From positions 21,380-85,379 of the forward strand of contig JAGTRE010000004.1 in the NCBI GenBank assembly GCA_018396415.1: DNA of 64,000 bases, read 5' to 3'. Made by a program: the position numbers and the translations under genes. The notes under the pieces are model-generated. The model worked only from the letters and a program-made list of their open reading frames with translations. It was not told the origin of the DNA and did not search any database. The DNA comes from Candidatus Bathyarchaeota archaeon (GTDB lineage Archaea > Thermoproteota > Bathyarchaeia > RBG-16-48-13 > JAGTRE01). Of this stretch, positions 38,709 through 47,258 are shown one piece after another. Each line of letters opens with the position of its first letter. Within the stretch, counting starts at the first letter, position 1.

Positions 38709-39548
38709 ATGGTGGATTGTTTGATTCGTCCTGCAATTCCTTGGCCAGCACTACTTATTGATGAAGGGATAGATAGGATTCTTGTAGTTGCTGATCTCCA
38801 TTTAGGTTTCGAGCATGAGCTTGCAAACATGGGCATCAATCTTCCATCTCAAACTTCTAAAATAAAAACGAAGCTTCTGGGGATACTTGAAGAACTTCGT
38901 CCATCTCGATTAGTTTTTTTAGGAGACGTGAAACATAGCATCCCTAAAATTTCTTTTCAAGAATGGCAGGATGTACCCTCATTTTTCGAAGCTATCCAAA
39001 GAATAGTTCGAGATATCATTGTTATTCCGGGTAATCACGACGGTGATCTTGAACCGTTAATTTTACCTTCCATTCAAATGGGTCCGATGAAGGGAATCGT
39101 TATAAGTCGTGTTGGTTTATTTCATGGACATGCTTGGCCGTCACCAGAGCATTTCTCCACAGACTATTGGATTATAGCACATAATCATCCGGTAATTCAT
39201 TTTCGTGACTCACTTGGCTTTCGAATTGTCCGCCAGGCTTGGATTAAGGCAAATTGTGATGGTCCTAAACTCGCTAAAGCCTTTCTCCAGTATTCTGGCA
39301 TTAAGCCTACGGGCGATCCAATTGAAACGTTTAGGCAGAATTTTAACATAGAGGTTAAAAGCCCAAAGTTGATTATAATGCCTGCTTTCAATGAAATGCT
39401 TGGTGGCTTACCAATTAATCTTGAGCAGCCCGAAGATTTGTTAGGCCCAGTTTTTCGGGCTGGAGCTGTGGATGTCGATGGAGCTGAAACATATCTTCTT
39501 GATGGGACATTTCTGGGAACAATTAGCCACCTTCGTCGCCTGGTTTAA
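38709..39548 (+). CDS. Calcineurin-like metallophosphoesterase
   Basis: ADLHLG, LGDVKH, PGNHD, FHGH, AHNHP. Confidence 0.92.
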   Translation: MVDCLIRPAIPWPALLIDEGIDRILVVADLHLGFEHELANMGINLPSQTSKIKTKLLGILEELRPSRLVFLGDVKHSIPKISFQEWQDVPSFFEAIQRIVRDIIVIPGNHDGDLEPLILPSIQMGPMKGIVISRVGLFHGHAWPSPEHFSTDYWIIAHNHPVIHFRDSLGFRIVRQAWIKANCDGPKLAKAFLQYSGIKPTGDPIETFRQNFNIEVKSPKLIIMPAFNEMLGGLPINLEQPEDLLGPVFRAGAVDVDGAETYLLDGTFLGTISHLRRLV

Positions 39549-39612
39549 TTCGTTAACTTAATATTCAACATACATGATTTTCTTTTGGATCTTTTAGGAG
39601 GTAGAGAGACGT

Positions 39613-41004
39613 TTGCAGTTTGACGTAATTATCGTTGGGGCGGGTCCTGCAGGTCTTTTCGCTGCTAATGAACTTTCAGAAGCAAATAAGTTGCGTACTC
39701 TCATAATTGACCAAGGATCCGACATCCAACATCGTAAATGTCCCGTCATGACATTATACAAGAGTTGTTCAAAATGCTCACCTTGTCAAGTGATGTGTGG
39801 TGTTGGTGGTGCTGGGACCCTCTCAAGCGGTCTTCTCAATCTTCGTCCAGACATTGGCGGTAACCTTGTGCAGCTTATCAAGAGCGACAAGGTCGCTTGG
39901 AGTCTTGTTAATTATGTCGACCAAATATTCCTAAAACACGGTGCGCCATCAAAACTCTATGCACCCAATCATGAAGATTCAGAAAAGCTCGAACGAGCTG
40001 CGGCAGCTGTAGGAGTTAAATTTATTCCAGTCCCACAACGTCATATCGGCACAGATAACGCTCCAAAGGTTATAGAGTCCATTGAACATCATCTAAAGAC
40101 CCGTGGTGTTAGGTTCCTTTTAAATAAAAGGGTTATCCGAATCGATAAGAATACTGTTACGCTAGAAGATGGAACAAGTTTCAACTGCAAATACATCCTT
40201 GTCGCCCCGGGTCGTAGTGGAGCAAAGTGGCTTGCCGAGGAGGCTAAGCGTCTAAAAATACCAACAAAATATGAGCCAGTCGATGTCGGGGTGCGGGTAG
40301 AAATCCCCTCGGTTGTTATGGAGCCAATTGTATCGGTGAGTCGGGATCCAAAATTTCACATTTACACCGCAACGTATGACGACTTCGTGCGTACTTTTTG
40401 TGTAAATCACGAGGGTTTTGTCGTTCAGGAGGTATACGACGATTTCATCGGGGTTAACGGTCATGCTATGGCTGAGCAGAAATCTGCGAACTCTAACTTT
40501 GCTCTGTTAGTTAGAGTTGAATTAACACAACCGCTTGAAGACACCTCAGCTTATGGTCGAACAATCGCGATGCAAACTACAACCTTGGGAGGTGGGCGCC
40601 CCTTGCTTCAGAGACTCGGCGATCTGGAGGGAGGGCATCGATCCACATGGGAAAGAATTGAACGCGGTAACGTACGACCAACCCTGCGTAATGTTACACC
40701 AGGTGATATTGCAATGGCCATGCCTCATCGAATTGTTGCAGACATAGTTGAAGGCCTCGAAAAATTAAACCACGTCATTCCCGGCGTCGCTTCAACATCA
40801 ACGCTTCTTTACGCTCCGGAGGTAAAATTTTCCGCAAACCGCGTATATACCAACAGAGATTTGGAAACTCCCATCGAAAATATTTTCGTAGCTGGAGACG
40901 GCGCTGGTTTATCCCGAGGATTGGTCACCGCCGCTGCAACCGGGATAATCGCTGCTCATGGCATTCTGAAAAAGGAAGGGATCACCCCGCCAAAATTAGA
41001 GTAG
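39613..41004 (+). CDS. FAD-dependent oxidoreductase of uncharacterised family
   Basis: GAGPAG, Cys cluster, GVGGAG, GVRVE, VNGH, AGDGAG. Confidence 0.9.
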   Translation: MQFDVIIVGAGPAGLFAANELSEANKLRTLIIDQGSDIQHRKCPVMTLYKSCSKCSPCQVMCGVGGAGTLSSGLLNLRPDIGGNLVQLIKSDKVAWSLVNYVDQIFLKHGAPSKLYAPNHEDSEKLERAAAAVGVKFIPVPQRHIGTDNAPKVIESIEHHLKTRGVRFLLNKRVIRIDKNTVTLEDGTSFNCKYILVAPGRSGAKWLAEEAKRLKIPTKYEPVDVGVRVEIPSVVMEPIVSVSRDPKFHIYTATYDDFVRTFCVNHEGFVVQEVYDDFIGVNGHAMAEQKSANSNFALLVRVELTQPLEDTSAYGRTIAMQTTTLGGGRPLLQRLGDLEGGHRSTWERIERGNVRPTLRNVTPGDIAMAMPHRIVADIVEGLEKLNHVIPGVASTSTLLYAPEVKFSANRVYTNRDLETPIENIFVAGDGAGLSRGLVTAAATGIIAAHGILKKEGITPPKLE

Positions 41005-41007
41005 CCA

Positions 41008-41139
41008 TGGTGGGGTCGGTGGGATTTGAACCCACGATCTCGAGGGTTCTCTAAACCCCCAAAGGTTACCCGAGCTTCCCGTAGCAAGGGTGCACTCCCT
41101 TGCAACCTCGAAGCCTAGACCATGCTAGCAGACGACCCC
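41008..41139 (-). tRNA. tRNA-Pro(CGG) with two introns (30/31: 41076-41106; 37/38: 41047-41068), CCA encoded
   Basis: GGGGTCG/CGACCCC-A-CCA acceptor. The CGAGG/CCTCG anticodon stem is separated by 60 nt. Removing the 31-nt and 22-nt hairpin introns gives loop CTCGGGC. Confidence 0.8.
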
Positions 41140-42092
41140 TAGCATCTCAACCTTAAGATATACGCACATAAATTGTTTCCTTAAATTGGATATATTCTTA
41201 CCATAAAATCCTTCGTGTCTTGTTTAACCAAGCAGAGAATGTAACTAATATACACGTATGTGTTTAAACTCACTATTTCAGAATTTAAAATAAAGGGATA
41301 GCTAATCCTTGGGCATTGACCTTGGCATGCACGTGCAGATTAAAATTCAAGGTCATCGGACAAACTCTGGCGGTTTTCGTCAATTTTATGAAAGCGTTTG
41401 AGCCATATATAAAGGTCGAGTTTTTACAACATTGTACTTCAAAATCTGGAGTTCTTCACTCCTGAATCCCAACAACAAAGCCGCTTTGAAGGAGGAAGAC
41501 TTCGTTGATGATTACTCTTTTGCATGTTTTTGCTGCTTTGACTTCTTTGGAAGACCAATCGATAATTTTTATAAAGAGATAAATGGAAGAGCAAACCCGA
41601 AGGTTGAAGAAAACGTGGAAGGCTAGTGGAAGTAGCGAAAAAAGTTCATTAAGTTGTCAAATCCGGTTAGGCTAATGAAGCCGCATCATACATTAATCGT
41701 GATTGGTCCTTTCCTAATAATCCAGAGGGTTGGTGGTTTTTTGCCTATTACCGAGATCCCTATGACTTCGTTAGACTAACTATGCGTGCACAATCCGAGA
41801 AAGAAGAAAAATCGACGAGACCAAGATTGAATTAATCCAAATGAAAATCGATAAACACGAACTTTACAACATAATAGCCCATTACTCAATCCAAGCATTT
41901 CTATCCCACTACGGAGGAATCGGAGCACAGTTTGGCCAAGCAATTGATACCACCAAAGACCCAAGCAAACTCAACAATAACGACTAGATAACTTCATCGA
42001 CATTTAACGTATTTTTTTGCTTTTTCTTTCGACATTTGATAATACTTATAAGTTCTTTCCATGATTTCTATCAGAATTAATGGGGTTTTCCA

Positions 42093-43985
42093 TTGGGTAT
42101 GGAAGTTGGTTTGCTCACGGTTGATACGCCTGGTCAGCGCGTGTTGATGATGGGTAATGTGGCTATAGCGCGGGGAGCATTGGAAGCGGGGGTGCAGGTG
42201 GCAACTTCCTATCCGGGTACGCCTTCGTCAGAAATCATAGGTTCTTTGTGTCAAGTTGCTCGGCAGGCAGGTATTTATGTTGAGTGGTCAACTAATGAGA
42301 TGGTCGCTTTTGAAGTTGCTTTTGCCGCCTCGCTTGCCGGGGTTCGTTCGATTGTGGCTTGCAAGCACTTAGGCATGAATTGGATTGCTGACCCATTTCT
42401 AGTTTCAGCATATACAGGGGTTAATGGTGGTCTTATAATTGTTGTTGCGGATGATCCTCATCCTTATAGTTCCCAAAATGCTGAGGATACTCGGTATTAT
42501 GCTAAGCTCGCTAAAGTTCCGTGTTTAGAGCCTTCAGATGTTCAAGAGGCTAAGGATGTTATGGCCCTTGCCTTTGAATTATCTGAAACCCTACAATTGC
42601 CAGTAATGGTCCGCATAACCCCAAGGATTGCGCATACACGTGGGATCGTCGTTCTCGGGTCGATTTCTAGGTTGCGACGGAAGGCAAACTTTGAGAAAGA
42701 TTCAACGCGTTACGTTATGATTTCCTCAAACGCGCGAAACCGTCACGCGTGGCTTAACAAGCAATATGCGAGGGCAGCTGAGCTAGCAGAAACTTTTCAA
42801 CTGAATCGTTTAAAGTTAGCTCCTGGCGCTACTGTGGGTGTAATTGGATGTGGTCTATCTTATGGGTATGTCCGGGAAGCCCTTCATCTGCTAGGGGCAG
42901 AAAACCAAGTTTCAATCTTAAAACTAGCGACAGTTAACCCGCTTCCTACCCAACTTGTCTGTAAACTTCTTTCTTCTGTTACTACTGTATTAATAGTCGA
43001 GGAAATTGATCCGGTTATTGAGACGGATATCAGGTCACTAGCTCAAGGCTTAGGATTAAACCTGGAAATTAGAGGTAGACTAACAAACGACCTACCCCGA
43101 GAGCTTGAATTAACTCCGGATATTGTAACTGCAGCTCTGGCAAGGATCTTTGGCGCCTCCTACGACAGCAACGCCGCCTCGAATTATGTTATATCCGAAA
43201 TAAATAACCTAGTTACTCGGCGAACACCCTTCCTATGCGCTGGCTGTCCACATCGAGCAAGTTACTATGCGATTAAACAGGCTTTAAAAAAAGTTAATCG
43301 TGGCGGTATTGTGACTGGAGATCGCGGTTGTTATAACCAAGGAATCCACCCTCCGCTTAAAGCTATTGACACCTGCATCTGCATGGGTGCGAGCATAGCT
43401 ATGGCCTGTGGTTTCAGCAAAGTTGGAATAGAGGAACCAATTGTGGCTGTAATTGGGGACTCAACCTTCTTTCATGCCGGAATCCCAGCTTTGATAAACG
43501 CGGTTTACAACCACGCCAAAGTCACTGTCGTCATCTTAGATAATGGTTGGACTGCAATGACAGGGCACCAACCAAATCCTGCAACCGGCATTACTGCAAT
43601 GGGCGATCCAACAAAAATGTTGAAGCCTGAGGAATTGGCTATGGCATGTGGTGTTGATCATGTAAAGGTTGTTGATCCATACAATGTTAAAGCAACTATC
43701 GATTCAATTGTTGAAGCAATAAATCATCCTGAGCCATCGGTTGTGGTTTGCCGCCACATATGTACACTCCAAGAACTCCGTACAATGAAGTTAATGGGCA
43801 TAAAGCCAGCGCCATATAGTGTTAATCTCGACGAGTGTACTAGCTGCAAACTATGTCTTTTCCAATTAGGTTGCCCAGCTATGGCTGCTGAAAATGGTAA
43901 GGTGAAAATAGATACATACACATGCGTAGGATGCGGAGTCTGTGCACAGGTATGCCCAGTTGAAGCTATCAGGCGAGGTTCTTAA
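42093..43985 (+). CDS. iorA: Indolepyruvate ferredoxin oxidoreductase alpha subunit
   Basis: SYPGTPSSE, WSTNE, LCAGCPHR, IGDSTFFH, C-terminal ferredoxin. Confidence 0.95.
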   Translation: MGMEVGLLTVDTPGQRVLMMGNVAIARGALEAGVQVATSYPGTPSSEIIGSLCQVARQAGIYVEWSTNEMVAFEVAFAASLAGVRSIVACKHLGMNWIADPFLVSAYTGVNGGLIIVVADDPHPYSSQNAEDTRYYAKLAKVPCLEPSDVQEAKDVMALAFELSETLQLPVMVRITPRIAHTRGIVVLGSISRLRRKANFEKDSTRYVMISSNARNRHAWLNKQYARAAELAETFQLNRLKLAPGATVGVIGCGLSYGYVREALHLLGAENQVSILKLATVNPLPTQLVCKLLSSVTTVLIVEEIDPVIETDIRSLAQGLGLNLEIRGRLTNDLPRELELTPDIVTAALARIFGASYDSNAASNYVISEINNLVTRRTPFLCAGCPHRASYYAIKQALKKVNRGGIVTGDRGCYNQGIHPPLKAIDTCICMGASIAMACGFSKVGIEEPIVAVIGDSTFFHAGIPALINAVYNHAKVTVVILDNGWTAMTGHQPNPATGITAMGDPTKMLKPEELAMACGVDHVKVVDPYNVKATIDSIVEAINHPEPSVVVCRHICTLQELRTMKLMGIKPAPYSVNLDECTSCKLCLFQLGCPAMAAENGKVKIDTYTCVGCGVCAQVCPVEAIRRGS

Positions 43986-43989
43986 TTAT

Positions 43990-44613
43990 ATGGTGAAGAA
44001 ATCGGTTGATTTGATAATTTCTGGTGTGGGTGGACAAGGTGTAATTCTACTATCCACTATGATTGGAAGAGCTGCTATTAACGAAGGACTGGATGTAAAG
44101 ATTGCTGAAACCCACGGTCTTGCTCAACGTGGTGGATCTGTTGTAAGTCATGTGAGAATTGGGAGAAATATCTTCTCTCCGCTAATCCCTATTGGCCAAG
44201 CGGATGCTGTCATCGGTCTTGAGCCGCTGGAGGCAGCAAGATATGTTTCATTCATTCAGCCTGGTTCTGGAGTTATAATTTTTAATATAAAGCGTGTTCT
44301 GCCTTTGCCCGTTAGACTCGGGACGGAGAGTTACCCATCCATCGAGTCTTTAATCACTATATTACGCAAATATTCTTCCTGCATTTATCCAATAGACGCA
44401 GATCAAATTGCAGAAAAAGTTGGAAACATCCGTACTTCAAATATAGTTATGCTCGGGGCCCTTGCAGCTTCTCTTAGGCTTCCGTTTTCAATTGAGAGCC
44501 TTAAAGCCGTCGTTATGAGGGATGCGCCAAAGGGAACGGAAAATGCGAACCTACTGGCATTTACCTTGGGCGTTAGGGTTATGAAACATCTAATTGCAGG
44601 AAGGTCTTTATAA
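43990..44613 (+). CDS. iorB: Indolepyruvate ferredoxin oxidoreductase beta subunit
   Basis: GVGGQG and ETHGLAQRGGSV; start ATG 43990. Confidence 0.95.
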   Translation: MVKKSVDLIISGVGGQGVILLSTMIGRAAINEGLDVKIAETHGLAQRGGSVVSHVRIGRNIFSPLIPIGQADAVIGLEPLEAARYVSFIQPGSGVIIFNIKRVLPLPVRLGTESYPSIESLITILRKYSSCIYPIDADQIAEKVGNIRTSNIVMLGALAASLRLPFSIESLKAVVMRDAPKGTENANLLAFTLGVRVMKHLIAGRSL

Positions 44614-44710
44614 ATCGTGAGGATTTAGTAAGTAGTAGCGTACTTTAATTTTTTAAACAAAAATTATAACACTATCAATAGCTATGTGAGTCATCTTTGG
44701 GGATTAGGAT

Positions 44711-47005
44711 TTGTCTCGGCCTGTAAAGAAAGCTAGCTCAAAAGTATTCGATGCGGCTGCTTCACCGCTTCGTATTCAAATGCTTCGGCTTCTTAATATG
44801 CAAGGTCCTTTGGCTTATAGTGAAATTATGGAATTGTTGAACCTTGATCCAGGTCGTGATGCAGGAAAATTCGCTTACCATTTAAGAAGTGTCCTTCAGG
44901 CAAACCTAGTAGATGTTGATAAGGAAACCAAAAAGTATATGCTCACAGATCTCGGGCGTCTGGTCGTAGATTTCTCTCAAAACCTAGAAGAATACGCGAT
45001 GAAAAAAAGTCGCAAATTACTTGTTCGCACTTCTCGCGTTGCCATTGAGGATTTTGACCGAAATAAAATTGTTCAAGCCCTCGTGCGAGAAGCGGGCGTT
45101 CCAACCGAGCTCGCTGAGAAAATTGCGGGAGAAGCTGAAGAACGCCTTCTTCGTTTACAGACGAAGTATTTGACTGCACCCTTAATCCGAGAGTTTGTTA
45201 ACTCAATCCTCATCGAAAAAGGACTGGAAGAATATAGACACAAGCTTACACGCTTGGGACTTCCGGTTTACGACGTGACTCAACGTATTCGCGAAGCCAA
45301 AGAAGCTCTCCTCAATGTTGAGGCTATCCATAAAATGGCCGGAAACCGTGTCATGGAAGAATATATGCTTCTTAATATACTTCCTAGAGACGTCGCTGAC
45401 GCACACCTCTCTGGGGCACTACATCTATGTAATACCGGTTGTTGGATCATTAAGCCAAACGAAATACAACATGATCTCAGGGTTTTTTTCAATGAAGGTT
45501 TTCGTGCGGAGAGACTCGGTTTATTATCCGTAACATCTAATCCTCCGAGGTCCTTTGAAGAGGTCTTATTCCTTACGTTGAATGTGTTAAAGTCATCAAG
45601 TATTGAGGCAGCAGGTGAACAAGCACTTGATTACTTCAATGTTTTTATCGCGCCTTTCGTTAGAGGTATGCCTCCGGAGAGAATCAAGGAGCTTTTGAGG
45701 CTTTTTATTTTTAGTTTAGGTCAATCTTCATCCAATGGCTGTTTAGTTGAATCCACGTTAGGCTTCGAACTCTCCATTCCAGATCATCTCAAAAAGGTGG
45801 AAGCCATAGGTCCAGGAGGTAAATCGGCGGGCTACTATGGAGATTATGAAGATGAAGTACGTAAAATCTTCGAGGCAGTAATGGATATAATGTTTGAAGA
45901 CAGTGCTCATAAACCCATTTTTAACCCTCACATAGTTGTAAAGATTAGGCAGGACACCCTTAAAGATCCGTTATTATTAAAAGCACATAAACTTGCAGCA
46001 ACTTGTGGCATTCCATACTTCGCAAACTTATCCCAACAATGGCAATCTTACGCGAACTACACCGCATCCGGAACTCGTTTAGCATCCGAATGGACGCAGG
46101 ATTGGGAACTTGATACAATCAGAACAGGTAACCTAGATTGTGTATTAATCAACTTGCCTCGGATTGCTTACGAGGCGCAAGGAAACGATGAAAAATTCTC
46201 TGAGATACTAGAAAACCACATTAAAATGGCAAGTTTAGCGCTTGAAATCAAACACCAAATAATCGAAGAACACATGCAACATGGACTTTTGCCCTTCCTT
46301 ACGCAACAAACGGCTGGTGAATCTTATTTCCGCCTTGAAAATGCCACTCATCTCATCAGTTGTGTTGGCTTAAATGAAGCAATCAAAATACACACAGGTC
46401 ACCAAATCTTCGAAAGCGATGATTCGCTGTCTTTTGCCATTAAACTCTTCGAGGATATTACTGCCCGTGTAAAGCAGCAATCGCGAAAGCCTAGGTTTCG
46501 CTTCAGTTTATCGCAAACCTCTGATGAGCAGGCTGCACAGAGATTAGCTGAGCTCGATGTAGAAAAATATGGCTGGGCTAATGTGAGCGTGCAGGGAACT
46601 AAAGATGCTCCATATTACACGGATCTGACATTTTTACCATTAGAAGCCGATTTATCTTTAAATGATCGGTTGCAAATCGAAGGCAAATTTCACATGCTTA
46701 CTCATGGCGGTCACCTAGCGGTGATCATCTTAAAAGAACCTGAGCAAAGACCAGAGGATTTGTTAGTTAACACTGAGCGAGTATGTCAAACCTCCGGAGT
46801 AGGATTTTTTACATACACGCGGGATTTGACTTATTGTATGCATTGTCAACGGTTATTTGGAGGCATTTTGCAGAAATGTCCTCGTTGTAAATCATCAAAT
46901 ACGCTTACACACTATAGTCGTTCTTCAGCAAAATATCTTCCATTGCGCTGGTGGGCTCCCGCGAAGCGGGCAAATATAGCTCGACGCATATCTTATGGTT
47001 TATAA
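44711..47005 (+). CDS. wHTH-ATP cone-NrdD-like fusion lacking catalytic residues (predicted inactive class III RNR paralogue)
   Basis: N-terminal ArsR-like wHTH, ATP cone, full NrdD barrel and CxxC..CxxC site. It has RSSAKY in place of RITGYY and no finger-loop Cys. Confidence 0.85.
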   Translation: MSRPVKKASSKVFDAAASPLRIQMLRLLNMQGPLAYSEIMELLNLDPGRDAGKFAYHLRSVLQANLVDVDKETKKYMLTDLGRLVVDFSQNLEEYAMKKSRKLLVRTSRVAIEDFDRNKIVQALVREAGVPTELAEKIAGEAEERLLRLQTKYLTAPLIREFVNSILIEKGLEEYRHKLTRLGLPVYDVTQRIREAKEALLNVEAIHKMAGNRVMEEYMLLNILPRDVADAHLSGALHLCNTGCWIIKPNEIQHDLRVFFNEGFRAERLGLLSVTSNPPRSFEEVLFLTLNVLKSSSIEAAGEQALDYFNVFIAPFVRGMPPERIKELLRLFIFSLGQSSSNGCLVESTLGFELSIPDHLKKVEAIGPGGKSAGYYGDYEDEVRKIFEAVMDIMFEDSAHKPIFNPHIVVKIRQDTLKDPLLLKAHKLAATCGIPYFANLSQQWQSYANYTASGTRLASEWTQDWELDTIRTGNLDCVLINLPRIAYEAQGNDEKFSEILENHIKMASLALEIKHQIIEEHMQHGLLPFLTQQTAGESYFRLENATHLISCVGLNEAIKIHTGHQIFESDDSLSFAIKLFEDITARVKQQSRKPRFRFSLSQTSDEQAAQRLAELDVEKYGWANVSVQGTKDAPYYTDLTFLPLEADLSLNDRLQIEGKFHMLTHGGHLAVIILKEPEQRPEDLLVNTERVCQTSGVGFFTYTRDLTYCMHCQRLFGGILQKCPRCKSSNTLTHYSRSSAKYLPLRWWAPAKRANIARRISYGL

Positions 47006-47258
47006 ATTGTTCTTGTCCCCTTAAATTGCTCAACATTATATTTTATATGGCTTGCCTCCTAAATTTTTAATTAACTAAACACAAATTTTGTCGCGTCTTC
47101 ACAGTTTTATAAATCGAAGCTTTATTTTGTCGAATTTTTTGATTGAATTTGTACAAAATCTTAAAGTGTAGGTTCGATTACTTGTTTGCTCCTTGCTGGA
47201 AGGTAGCATAAATGCTCTTAAAGCAAATATTCTGGTTGCCTAGCACGCCGTTCAATAA

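Noticed and set aside
41008..41139. tRNA-Cys(GCA) reading from TTGCAAG
   Set aside because: GCA lies inside the intron hairpin, the discriminator is A rather than U, and the two-intron model gives a proper Pro loop.
44711..47005. First nrdD-like gene as an ordinary pseudogene or a second active RNR
   Set aside because: The frame is intact and keeps the zinc site and ATP cone, which argues against decay, while loss of the radical Gly and the Cys residues argues against activity.
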